In this document: piece by piece, positions 13,843-26,599 of the stretch
How the letters are laid out: every line of letters starts with the position of its first letter
Numbering within the stretch: the stretch's first letter is position 1
Source: Octopus sinensis
Lineage: Eukaryota
Reading direction: 5' to 3'
NCBI RefSeq assembly: GCF_006345805.1
Contig: NC_043009.1
Location: forward strand, 33,108,001-33,172,000
DNA length: 64,000 nucleotides
Program-made: the position numbers and the translations under genes
The notes under the pieces: model-generated
The model's database searches: none
Told to the model about the DNA's origin: nothing
Seen by the model: only the letters and a program-made list of their open reading frames with translations

Positions 13843-15016
13843 ACATGATGTACGTAAGTATGTATATGTATAGAAACAATACGGGAAACAAACGAGAAAA
13901 AGAATCACAATGATTTACAGTTGTATGTATTTTATAAGCGATTCTTCTGCTCCACATTCCATGAACTTTTTTAATCAGAGAACATGTCCATATCATCGGA
14001 TGTTGAGAGTGAGACACACGCAAAACATTTGCTGATTTGAACGTATTCTGCTCCCAGGAAACTTTAGTCGAAAGTATCGACCCCGGTACTTATTTTCAAA
14101 AGACTTGTACATTTTCCATAGGTCCTTTTTGGTGAACCGCTAAGTTAGAGGGACGTAAACACGCCAGCACAGGTTATCAGGCGTTGTGTGTGGGGTGCAG
14201 ACAAGCACAGACACAAAAACATGCACACACATGCAAATTTATATTATTATATATGTTTTGTAATTTAAATTGGGAGCGAAATGAAACAATTGTGGGCAAT
14301 GTTAATTAATTAATTAATTAATTTAAATCCATTGAATCTCTACATTTTCAAGCCTATTATTATACACATATAGACTCGCACAATCGCACACACGTACAAA
14401 CACATACAAACATACACGCCCACATACAAACACACACATACACACACAAACAAACAAATGTTTAAAAGGAGAATTTTTCGCCGAGAAAACATCGCACAGG
14501 CAATGCCATTCATTTCCGAGTGTTCAGGAACCGGTCAAAAATAATATGCACGTTACCACACACACACACACACACGCATGTATATACACTCACACACATA
14601 CACACAGGTAACATATATATATATATGCATATGTGTGTCTGTGCGCGTGAAAGGTGTGTGTGTGTGTGTACGTACGCATGTATGTATAGAGTGCCAAGTT
14701 CAAACAAACGCTATGTCCGGCAATTTAGGATAAATAACTCAAGGATCATGCAGTGAGGTAATAATCATTCTCTCCATAATCTTTAGTGCAACAAAATATA
14801 TTTTGTCGGACTAACGTTTATGGATTAAATGTTTATATAAATAAATAAATAAACGTAAACAGACAGACAGACAGACGGACGACGGACGGACGGATGGATG
14901 GATTGATAGATAGATAGAGAGAGAGAGAGAAATTGAGAGAGAGATACATACATGCATGCATACATACATACATAAATACATAGAGACAGACAGATAGATA
15001 GATAGAAAGATAGATT

Positions 15017-15079
<63 letters not shown>

Positions 15080-15368
15080 GGATGGATGGATGGATGGATG
15101 GATGGATGGATAGTCCTGACATTCCTTATTGTGACATACTCTTACATGCTTCGCATGTTCCTCCTGCTAGTTTAGTATTCTGCGTGATATGTTTGTTTTG
15201 TGCGTTGAAGATGTATGCAACCGCGAAGGTTACTATGTCCATGCTATGATGCTGTTACGTTGCGTGGGAGGAAGACTTTGATTGGCAATTATCTGTGAAA
15301 TTTATATTACAATCTTAATTATAATTAACGTTCACTCCTTCTAAAATGTTTGTATAATAATGAATATG

Positions 15369-15418
<50 letters not shown>

Positions 15419-15741
15419 TATTATTATTATTATTACTATTATTAATACTATTGTTATTTCGTTTCTCGATGAACGTGTAGTCTTCCTGTATTCCATAGAA
15501 TTACATCATACTGTACGTTTTTACGTTGTTTTATAAGATTTAATAATTATGAATTTTAATTATATGGCAGTAGAGATATCGATTACGCATAATATCGGAT
15601 ACATGTATTCGGCAGTTTGTGCGCGTACGTATGTATGCATAGACATATGTATATAAATATATCTGCGTATGCTTATATGCATACATACATGTATACGCGC
15701 ATATGTACATAAATACATGTGTGTGTGTTTGCATGTGTGTG

Positions 15742-15776
<35 letters not shown>

Positions 15777-16269
15777 ATACACATACATATATACACAAAC
15801 ACATACGCACACACATACACACACAGAGAAATTAGTGTCACAAAATACTAGGGACATAAAAGTGTTTTCTTACATCGTTTCGTTTTACCACCACGACTAA
15901 CACCAAGTACCACCATGTTCTCGTTGATCTGACTGAACATAAATGAAGTACAAGAGAAAGAAGTACGGTTGATATAATGACTCAAAAGGACAGGTGCTTG
16001 TTACGGAATGCAAACAGAAGAATGCAGACGCATATATTGATATATATATAGATGTGTGTGTATTTATGAGGATTAAGATGGTTATGTTATGCGACATGGA
16101 GAATACGGATAAAGTATCTGAATATATGAATATACACAGATGTATGAATGTGGAGTAAAGAGGTTTCCTATGCACACGCAGAATTTCTTGTTTCATCACA
16201 TTGGACATACAGCTTCTACTGTAGCCTTAGTTTTACCAATATTCTGTGAACGTAATGAATACATAGGAA

Positions 16270-16780
16270 AGATAGATAGATAACTTTCTTTATTGGCCAC
16301 AAAGGGCTGGACACAGAGGGGACAATTACAAATGTAGAGCTTTTCTTTTCGAAGATGGAAAAGGAAAAAGAAGAAAACAAAAGGAAACAAATGTAAAATT
16401 TCGATCAAAATCGATCGGAAGAAAAAAAAGAGCATCAAAAGGGAACGTGTATCACAGAAAGAAAAAACATTTTTTTTTTCAAAGTAACAAACAAGATTAG
16501 GTTCATCCGTGGAAAGAAAAGCCTACAGAAAAGACCACGATAACCTCAGGCAGGGAGGAAATAAACGCATGAGAGCAAAGTGCTCTCTCTCTCTTTTACG
16601 ACTTACAGGATCATGCTCAAAGTGGTTTCGTCACTCGCACGCACCATCTTTGCTGCATTCACCCACCTTTTTTTGAAACTTTCACGAGACAAAAACCTAC
16701 CTCTCCATTCTCACCTTCCTTTTCAAGTGGTACTTGAAAAAGTTGATGAGCGATTGGCCAGAGAGGTAAGTGTTTGTCTC
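16270..16780 (-). mobile_element. 3' end of an L1/Tx1-like LINE, 5'-truncated
   Basis: Minus strand encodes LSGQSLINFFKYHLKRKVRMER, then after a frameshift LSRESFKKRWVNAAKMVR...L*. A T-rich 3' UTR, AATAAA and a short (TATC)n tail follow. Confidence 0.65.
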
Positions 16781-17517
16781 TAATCATTTCGCTCGTGTGT
16801 GAACAACACGCATATGTATATTTATACATATGCATATATGTTATAGCTTAACTATTCCACAAATAAAACGACTGAGGTCAATCTAATCGAATAAAAAGGA
16901 AATATTCAACAGGTATCTGAATGCGAATAAGTTCATCCTCATTTATTGAAAACAATCTATGAACGACACAACAGGACAGCTAGCTTCTTCATCCACATTC
17001 TTCTTTCGTTTTCACTATGTCTTGAATTTACACTCCACCTCACACGCACATACACACAAGCACACCCACACACATGCACATACTCATCGTCAAGCTAATA
17101 TTCCAAAAGCTATTTCAAACAATTTAACAAAATTCTTCAGAAAGTTCATAAAACTGAACTCATATTTCCAATCCAAGATTTCTTCCTTCGTCATTCTTAA
17201 CACTCAACACACAACTACACATCAGCACACAAAGGTAACCACACATCTAATATGAAAATTTGTAGGCATTCCCGGTAATTTTACCTTCCATAATGTTACC
17301 TAGCACAATTATGTTAATTTTCAAACATCAGCTTATACAGACATGTTACATTCTTGTCAACGCCCTCAATATGAACTGGGATTCTGTACATTCGAGTTAA
17401 CACCACCGTCTGAAAATGTATTGTTTCAATTAAAGATATTTTTTGTATCTCAAACGAAGAAATACATGAACATGAAACGCGAGTTGCTGCCTAGGCCCCA
17501 ACATATATATATATATA

Positions 17518-18247
17518 CAGTGTGATTGAAAAGTAACTCCCTATTTTAAAATACTTATAATTTATTTATTAACTATAATTTTTAGAAAAAAAGGAATATG
17601 TAAAGAAAGTGTATAGCATGGAATTTTATTTAAAATTTGATATAGGCATCAGCATTCACCACCAGCTTCTGAAGCCGCCTGGGAACCATATCAACTGATT
17701 TCACCAGGAACTCTTGTGGAATGAAAGACATATCTTCTCGTATTCACCCTTCAAGTTCTTCTAAAGTCATTGGTTTGGTAGAGAAGACTTCCTCCTTTAA
17801 CCAACCCCAAAGAAAACAGTCGCAGAGTGTTAAATCAGGACTTCTGGCCAGCCAGTCATGCGGACCTTGATGAATTGGAAGGACGACCACTTCGAGTATC
17901 AGCTACAAATCCTGTAGTCATGAATTTTGCATGGCAATTCTTCATTATCTTTGCATCAACTTGAGCATGTCTTCCTCTAATGGTCCTCCACCATCTTTGC
18001 ACTTGAAGAACTGATCTCCAAACTTCGTAACGTGCAGCTAGCTGGGCATGATCCTGCACAGTTAAGCATCCAGCCATGTTTGTAGGGCTTCTAAATTTCA
18101 AACAAAATAATCAATCAGAAAAAAACAACAGCATGGAATCAATTCCCATACATTAAAGAACATACACAACAAATTTGAGAAAAACATTATAGTTAATAAA
18201 TAAATTATAAGTATTTTAAAATAGGGAGTTACTTCCCAATCACCCTG
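17518..18247 (-). mobile_element. Internally deleted Tc1/mariner transposon (maT/DD37D-like)
   Basis: About 62-bp terminal inverted repeats (CAG(T/G)GTGATTG...ATTAACTATAAT) with TA flanks. The N-terminal HTH-like ORF 17856-18101 (..RSGRPS) is joined to WLARSPDLTLCDCFLWGWLKEEVF. Confidence 0.92.
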
Positions 18248-18452
18248 TATATTAAACACACATACGCACACGTGAGACGTTACATAACTATCTAGTTTAT
18301 CACTATGAGAGGCTTCTGCGCAACAATTGCTTCGTATGTGGAAATATTGTACATCATGAATATGAAACGTGAGTTGGTAGCCATGCGCCATTAAGATACT
18401 TTATATAAACCAGATACACAGAAGTATATATATGCATGCATACACACACACA

Positions 18453-18507
<55 letters not shown>

Positions 18508-18790
18508 CATGTATATATCGTGTATACATATGTATTTTGTCCAACTTTAATTATATTTATACTTCCTTACATTTTGCTTATGTTTGGACATATATGTATA
18601 TATATACGTATATATATATAATATATATTATATATATATATATATATCGTCATAAACCTTCTTTTGGCGATTCACCATAAATATATTGCACAAAAATATC
18701 ATGACTTACATATCAGAAATTAATTATTTAATCAGATATACTCACGACACTCTCAAAAGAGACAATGAGTAAGTCTCATCTAAACAATAT

Positions 18791-18838
<48 letters not shown>

Positions 18839-18987
18839 ACGCACACACACACATAGATACACACAGACTTATGTTCTCACCTGTATACATATATATATAT
18901 ATATACATGCATATGTATATATCTATATATATATATATGTATGTATATGTATATATATATATATATGTTATATATATATATATATGT

Positions 18988-19026
<39 letters not shown>

Positions 19027-19106
19027 TATATATATTATATATATATAGTATATATATATATATATATATATATGTGTATATATATATATATTATATATTA
19101 TATATC

Positions 19107-19188
<82 letters not shown>

Positions 19189-19245
19189 TTGAATATCTAA
19201 GGGGAAACTTTAGGAAGAAAAATAGAAATCTATGTTTAATCATAC

Positions 19246-19292
<47 letters not shown>

Positions 19293-19769
19293 CAGACATA
19301 CAGGCAGGCACAATATAAAAAAAAACTATTAGAGGGTGATAAGCAGAGAATAAGTCATATAGCCACGCACACATACATGCATAGGTGCTTACGAGTGTAT
19401 ATTAGACATTGTAGTGAATGTATAACGTGCCCCTACCCGCTCTCCTCCATGATGAACGGTCTTCTGTGAAGCAGCCATTTATCTGGGTATGTCTGTATGT
19501 AGAGTGTGTGCGTTTAAACGCACCGACACGTATATATACTACTGTAGATATATATGTGTGTGCTTGTGAGTGTTTGTTTGTGTGTATGTGTGTACGTGCG
19601 TATGCATGTTTGTGTATGCGTGTGTATGTGTGCGTGTGCGTGAGCGCGCGCACGTGTGTGTTTATTGTATTATTTCGCTAAGTCGGAAACGTGAGAGAGT
19701 GTTCTTCCTTATTGTTATTACGATTCACTGCCTTTTATTGGAATATCATCGAAAGTGACTGGATGTTGA

Positions 19770-20180
19770 AAGAGAGAAAGAGAGCGCGGGGAGAGAGAGG
19801 GAAAGAGAGAGAGAGAGAGAGGAGAAGAAGAAGAAGAAGAAGAAGAAGAAGAAGAAGAAGAAGAAGAAATAAGGAGGAGGGGGGGAGAGGAGGAGACAAG
19901 AAGAAGAAAAAGAAGGAGGAGGAGGAGGAGGAGGAGAAAGAAGAGAGAAGAAGAGAAGAAGAAGAAGGAGGAGGAGAGGAAAGACAGAAGGAGGAGGAGG
20001 GAGGAGGGGGAGGAGGAGAAGAAGAAGGAAGAAGAAGGAAGGAAAGAGAAGGAGAGGAAGAGGAGAAGAAGAAGAAGAAGAAGAAGAAGAAGAAGAAGGA
20101 GGAGGAGAAGAGGAAGGAGGAGGAAGAGAAGAAGAAGAAGAAGAGAAGAAGAAGAAGAAGAAGAAAGAAAGTTGAAGACG
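19770..20180. repeat. Polypurine (GAA/GAG)n tract
   Basis: About 400 bp almost free of pyrimidines on the + strand. A similar tract lies at 25640-25740. Confidence 0.95.
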
Positions 20181-20829
20181 AAGACCTGACAGAGTGCTGG
20201 AAGTGCTTTGAATCGCACACACAGATACACGGAACCGAATATTTTGTAATCTCATTGAATAGATTTACATGATTTTGCTTAAAAAACTCAGCGTTGCAGT
20301 TTCAATTCCGTTTATCTTCTTCAAGTCCATGAACAGACCTTCCATTCATGACCAATTCTTTCTCTTTTCAGGCTAGTATCTGTAGAACAAAAACATTGAT
20401 CATATTTTCTTACATTTTTAAGATGATTAGAAAGGTGTGAGGTGAGGGATAATTGGCTGTTATTTCTAGTTAGTCGAGCAAACAAATCGAGCTTTTTCCT
20501 TGGTTTGCCCTTGGTTAGCCCTCGGTCAATCCTAAATCAATAGACGTCTGGCCAAAGGCATTCCAACCAAGACTCTCTCTTCCTTTGTTTTCAGACATCT
20601 AGAACAGCATTAAGTAATTTGTCCTTCCTTCACTTTTTAAAACGCTGTTATTTCCAGCAGAGCCAAGGCCACTATTGTATGTATTCCCGCTGTAGCCATA
20701 TTCCTTCATTTTCATCACTATCGATCTTGGGAATGCCATGAACTCCACAACATCCACTCCATAACAACCACTCCATTAATACCCGTGAGCCTTTACTTTT
20801 CTATAAAGCCCATCACTGAGGCGGGGAGA

Positions 20830-21025
20830 CTTCAACGAAATTGCTCGATCAGCTTGACATAGCAGTCAAAATCTATCTCAAATCAGAGACTATCATGATG
20901 AAAATGAAACGATAGTGTTGCCATGGATATACTACATCTGAAAAGATGGAATGGTTGGGAATGGAAGGCCTTTTATCATAGGACTGCTGGCTGAGGTCTG
21001 ACATGGGGGTTGAACAACAACAGCT
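20830..21025 (+). repeat. Old dispersed repeat (family D) ending in (CAA)n
   Basis: Shared core resembling CGAC(C/T)TGCTAGAAATAGCAGCCAAATCT. Degenerate copies on + at about 33205, 33870, 38950, 46480 and 48680, and on - at about 20330-20660, 29880-30070 and 47860. Confidence 0.6.
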
Positions 21026-21042
21026 GCCGTCATATCATATAC

Positions 21043-21428
21043 ATGGAATCACTCCGTCGGTTACGACGACGAGGGTTCCGGTCGATCCGAATCAACAGAA
21101 CAGCCTGCTCGTGAAATTAACGTGTAAGTGGCTGAGCACTCCACAGACACGTGTACCCTTAACGTAGTTCTCGTGGATATTCAGCGTGACACAGAGAGTG
21201 ACAAGGCCAGCCCCTTGAAATACAGGTACAACAGAAACAGGAAGTAAGAGTGAGAGAATGTTGTGGTGAAAGAGTACAGCAGGGATCACCACCATCCCCT
21301 GCCGGAGCCTCGTGGAGCTTTAGGTGTTTTCGCTCAATAAACACTCACAACGCCCGGTCTGGGAATCGAAACCGCGATCCTATGACCTCGAGTCCGCTGC
21401 CCTAACCACTGGGCCATTGCGCCTCCAC
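21043..21428 (-). mobile_element. tRNA-derived SINE family C
   Basis: Full-length counterpart of the 12256 copy with A and B boxes. Confidence 0.88.
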
Positions 21429-22654
21429 TCATCATATACATATGTGGCTCGTAAAATGTATCGAAATAATACACACTCACCTGTACAATATGTAGAAATA
21501 GTGTAGATTCGTCTGTAAATTATATCGGACTGGTATACAGTCACCCATATAGTAAGTAGGAAGAGTGTGGATTCACTCGTACAGTAGAGACTCTCCCAAC
21601 AAACGTGTTTTGTCTTTTGTATTGCTTTCTTTTCAATTGTTTAGCGTTTCTTAATTTCGACCCAGCTGGAAAACCACCTTATCTGTAAATGTTTGATTAT
21701 ATAGATCACTTGAGTCTGTGACTTATTTTATCGTCTTCTATTTAACTACGCAGTTACCCTATTATATCAGGGGCGACGTGAAGGTAACAAACAACCGAAT
21801 TTTCAGATTCATTCTATTTTGAAGAATCTGTTGGTGATATCTTCCACAGATAATGTCTATTTTTGGTGTAAATATAATTTGCATGACTGTAATATGAAAA
21901 CATATTCATTTGGACTGAGAGCAAGCCACAAGAAATGTGCTATTCCTTTTATCCTATGGTCTATACCCAAATGTGCTATACCTTTTATCATATGGTCTAT
22001 AGATGATATGTTTTGGTGGGACGGTGGAATCATTAGGGCGTTGGTCAATGTGCTTTACAGTATCGGTCCCAGTCCATTACGTTCTGATTTTAAATCCTGC
22101 CAATATCAATTATTGTTTCATCTTTCCGGGGTCGATAAAATCAAGTACTGTTTCTGAGTGATTGTGGGGTGAAATGATTAGAGATATATTTTCCAATTTT
22201 TATGTTCTGAGTTTGCCAGCCCGTGTTGGTTGCTGCTTTACCATTGAATAGTATCAGTGACGTAAAGAGGGGAGACATACTGGTCAATTGGGAAATGAGT
22301 CCTTCAGGAAAATTTTGGCTGACTGGAAGTTTTTGAACCCTGACCAATGGAGGCTTTAAGCTTGGTTCTATCAAAGAATCTTTTTCGTCGAGCGTAATGA
22401 AGTGTTTTATGATGAGGGATCACGTGATTCGACTTAAGTGGGTTCGGGGGTATTACTTGCTCTATCATCAGTCCTCCACATTCATGAACAATAATCCGCA
22501 AGTATCGCCACTAATAAAGCCACTTTTAACACCTTTATCATGATCAACCTCAGAACGTGAACTAAGAAAGAGAGATTCAAATTCGTCTTCCGACATGCAA
22601 GAGTGGACAACATAATGTCCCTCAGGCCATACTCTACCGTCGTCAAAATGAATG

Positions 22655-22754
22655 NNNNNNNNNNNNNNNNNNNNNNNNNNNNNNNNNNNNNNNNNNNNNN
22701 NNNNNNNNNNNNNNNNNNNNNNNNNNNNNNNNNNNNNNNNNNNNNNNNNNNNNN
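22655..22754. other. Assembly gap (100 N)
   Basis: Run of N. Confidence 1.
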
Positions 22755-23583
22755 CGCTTGCGCCGGTTCGCGCACGCATACGCGCCGCTTGCACCTCGCT
22801 CTTGGACCCGACGAGACCTCCCGCCCGTCCTGGGACCGTCGCGTGTCGTTGGGTTTTCCCACGCCGTCTCGCGGGACCATCTTCCATCTTCCCCTCAGCT
22901 GGAGGTCCTTTTCCTTAACCCCCCCCCCTTTTTCGTTACACACACGCGCACACATATACACACATTGCCTATATATATAACATTACTCTACACACTTCAA
23001 TCTACTCGCCATTAATACCACCACGACACTGGACACACACACACACTACTACTCAACACACCTGGCACGCTACATCCCGCCCACCCCTTCCCCTCCCTCC
23101 CTTCCTCCTTCCTTCTTTTTCTTACTACTGACCTTGTCTGCTAGCTGACCACTAGTCTCGCCCTACCTCACACGCCTACACACAGACGCCACACTAACAC
23201 ACACATATATTTTTTTTTTTTTTCATTTCGCCTCACACACCACATACACACACGCACACGCACACACTCCAACATATACACACATCTGTTGCGTTACCAA
23301 CCTGTCTCCACTCTTTTGCCTTTAAAAACCCACTTTGCTCTTGTATCGTCAACGTCCGCCTTTCACCATGTTGCAACTCGTAAACACCAGTCGTCTTTTT
23401 TCTCTTTCCCTGTTGCCCGCTCTGGGATCTTTCTTCCTCTCTCTTCTTCTTTATGTTTCCGACGAAGAGCTCCGCTCGAAACGTCATACCTCCCTGCTTC
23501 CATTTCCTGAGCGCCTATTAATAATAATACTGTAATTGTTCCTGTTGTTGTTGTTTTTTTTGTTTCCCGTTTGGATTAAAATT
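22755..23583 (+). mobile_element. Probable PLE 3' end / pseudo-LTR next to the assembly gap
   Basis: Pyrimidine-rich UTR-like tract containing the HHR motif at 23455-23489 and ending in (TA)n. The 5' part abuts the gap and has no clear coding motif. Confidence 0.45.
23455..23489 (+). ncRNA. Degenerate minimal type I hammerhead motif (U4C) in a probable PLE 3' end
   Basis: GUUU CCGACGA A GAGC UCC GCUC GAA ACGU C AUAC: palindromic ACGU stem III, GUC triplet, one core change and one stem I mismatch. Confidence 0.6.
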
Positions 23584-23953
23584 ATATATATATATATATA
23601 TATAGCAATGGGTTCAGGAGAGTTTGAAAAACCTACGTGTAGCTTCTGTAGTTTCTGTGTGGGGCAAACCATTTCTGATATTTATTTCACCCATATACAC
23701 ATATACATACACATGCATACATACATACATACTCTTTGCTCTTTTACTTGTTTCAGTCATTTGACTGCGGCCATGCTGGAGCACCACCTTTTAGTCGAGC
23801 AAATCGACCCTGAGACTTATTCTTTGTAAGCCCAGTACTTATTCTATCGGTCTCTTTTTGCCGAACCGCTAAGCGACGGGGACGTAAACACACCAGCATC
23901 GGTTGTCAAGCGATGGTGGGGGGACAAACACAGACACACAAACATATACATAC

Positions 23954-24001
<48 letters not shown>

Positions 24002-24006
<5 letters not shown>

Positions 24007-24447
24007 TATTAGAGACAAAACCACTATTTTGCAAAACAAACAAGGAAAGACTTAATCAATACATAAAATTTTAATAAATAGTCAAAAAAACCGCCACTAC
24101 AATCGTTTCTTGTCTTGATCGACAATCTTCAGGTGGACTTCCAATAATTCAGTTACAAATTATGAATAATTATTACAGTATTATTACAGTATTATTATTA
24201 CAAATTATTACTTCATAATTTGTAACTGAATTATTGGAAGTCCACCTGAAGATTGTCGATCAAGACAAGAACGATTGTAGTGGCGGTTTTTTTTGACTAT
24301 TTATTAAAATTTTATGTATTGATAAGTCTTTCCTTGTTTGTTTTGCAAAATAGTGGTTTTGTCTCTTATAATATTATAATATTTTACTATAAAATTGGAT
24401 TTAATCCTAAATCTGATTTTTTCTGTAAATTTGGATTTATTCCCAAT

Positions 24448-24453
<6 letters not shown>
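24002..24453 (+). mobile_element. PLE-derived fold-back pseudo-LTR hairpin inserted in the internal (TA)n of a SINE
   Basis: About 165-bp near-perfect inverted arms (24002-24166 / 24212-24375), an AT-rich spacer and a one-sided tail to 24453. Each arm carries an HHR motif. Confidence 0.85.
24094..24136 (-). ncRNA. Minimal type I hammerhead ribozyme, canonical core
   Basis: Minus strand reads CCAC CUGAAGA UUGUC GAUCAA GACAA GAA ACGAUUGU A GUGG. The plus-strand twin at 24242-24283 has GAAC instead of GAAAC. Confidence 0.85.
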
Positions 24454-24488
<35 letters not shown>

Positions 24489-25048
24489 TACGACAGGCTT
24501 CTTTCAGTTTCTTTCTACCAAATCTACTCACAAGGCATTGGTCGGCCCGAGGCTATAGCAGAAGACAGTTGCCCAAGATGCCACGCAGTGGGACTGAACC
24601 CGGAACCATGTGGTTGGTAAGCAAGCTACTTACCACACAGCCACTCCTGCGCCTATACATACATACATATATATATAAGTGTGAATGTGTGTATATTCCA
24701 TAGGCTTACATGCATAAGCACATACTGCGCGCAAACCACACTCACATATCACTCTATATGTTTAGTCAAGTGTATGTGTGCGCGCGCGCACGTATGTATG
24801 TTTGTGTGTGTGCGTGCGTGAGTGCGTGTGCGCATGTGTGTGTGGTGTGAGTGCGTCTAGAAGTGATATAGAAGAGACCAGCTGTAGATAAATGATTAGT
24901 TAATACTGAAGGAAGACATAAAATATGAAAGCAGAAACAAAGTGAGATATATTTCATATAGCATGGTAGAGGAGGCGGGAGCTTAGAATGGGAGGTGAGA
25001 GAGCGAGATACGTATATACATATATATCTATATACGTATATGCATATT

Positions 25049-25080
<32 letters not shown>

Positions 25081-25116
25081 CATACATATTGAAACACGTC
25101 TGTGTGTATGTGTGTG

Positions 25117-25161
<45 letters not shown>

Positions 25162-26189
25162 AAACAGATTAGGTGGAAAGAAGACTAAGGAAGTTCCTTG
25201 TGAAAGCAGAATAGTGAGGGGGAGGGAAATAAATTGTGATTGAGACGGTGGATTGGAGAGAGAGGGAGAGAGAGAGAGAAATCGGAAGTTGTAAGGGTGT
25301 GAGCAAAGACGAAGGAGGGAACTGAGTGAAAGAGGAGGAGGAGAATAATGAGGAGGGGAAGAAAAAGGAAGAGGAGGAGCAGTGGGAGGAAATGGATGTA
25401 GAGTGATGAATGGTGTTAGGAAGAGAGGGGTTTGACAGAAATGAGAGAAAGAGATAGATGTTGACTGAGTTGTAAGACAGAGAGAGAGAGAGAAGAGATA
25501 GTTTAAAGTTAGTGACGGTGAGAGTAAGAGATGTACTTGGGAGAGATTCAGAGATAGAAGGAGGAGAGCGTGAGTAGGAGGACACGTTATAAGAAGTGGT
25601 GGGAGTAAAGATGGATATAGAGGGAGGAGGAACAGGGAGAGGGGGAGGAGAAGAAGAAGAAGAAGAAGAAGAAGAAGAAGAAGAAAAAGAAGTTGAAGAA
25701 GAAGAAGAAGAAGAAGAAGAAGAAGAAGAAGAAGAAGAAAAGAGTTGCGAGTGTTTGATCTATATATATTCAACTACAGAGAGGTAATGGATGAAGGGGA
25801 GGGATTAGAGTGCAAATATAATTAATAATTACTTTTCTGGGGAGGTGAACAAGTGAAAGGGGGAGAGAGAGAGAGAGAGAGAGAGAGAGGAGGAAGAGAG
25901 AGAGAGAGAGAGTAAGTGAGGGTGTGCGAGAGATAATTCGATGTCGTAAGTGATAAGTTCGAAAGAATGTGACTAGGTGGATTGGTGAATTTTGGGAGTG
26001 ATGGTCATGGAAAATTTTAAAATCTATAAAGCAAAAATACTATAAGGTTTGTGTGTGTGTATCTATACGTGTGTGTGTATGCATATGTATTTGTATGTAT
26101 GTATGTATGTATGTATGTATATATATATATTTGTATATGCATGTATGTATGTATATATAAATGTATTTATATATATAGAAATATATATG

Positions 26190-26381
26190 AATAAGTGTCA
26201 GTGAACAGGTCGCGGATTTTAGCGACGAAAATATTTTGACAAATTAAACTTATATGTTGAAGTGAATCGAACGGCTTTTGTGTGTTTCTTAAATGGCTTA
26301 TAAACACCTTCCACGCTGCAATTGTTTTCGTTTCAGCACAGGATCTCAGATCAAATTACTTGCTATGCGAGTACATCTCCG

Positions 26382-26384
<3 letters not shown>
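26190..26384 (+). mobile_element. Solo PLE pseudo-LTR-like insert between (TA)n tracts
   Basis: About 195 bp of complex sequence starting at the G3-C8 HHR motif and bounded by TA microsatellites. Confidence 0.6.
26196..26241 (+). ncRNA. Minimal type I hammerhead ribozyme motif, G3-C8 core variant
   Basis: UGUCA GUGAACA G GUCGC GGAUUUUA GCGAC GAA AAUAUU U UGACA: 5-bp stem I, 5-bp stem II, palindromic AAUAUU stem III. Confidence 0.72.
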
Positions 26385-26424
<40 letters not shown>

Positions 26425-26599
26425 ACGATGACATAGTTACATACATACAGATAGATATATCAATAGATAGTGAAGTGAATAGATGTGTATGTATATGCAT
26501 GTATATATGATATTTCATGCAGGTTGGTCCGACATTGTTATAGAATTCAGTTACATATATACATGCCTCTCTCTCTCCCTATATATATGTATATATCAT

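Larger units (their letters stand above)
23731..24654 (-). mobile_element. SINE family B interrupted by the PLE hairpin
   Basis: 3' half at 23731-23960 and tRNA-like head (AGGCGCAGGAGTGGCTGTGTGGTAAG..GGTTCAGTCCC on minus) at 24485-24654. Confidence 0.9.

Noticed and set aside
19691-20272. Lys/Glu/Arg-rich ORF and its antisense partners
   Set aside because: A polypurine microsatellite lacks stop codons in most frames.
21355-21428. tRNA-like sequences with A and B boxes
   Set aside because: They are SINE heads joined to repeated bodies, not standalone tRNA genes.
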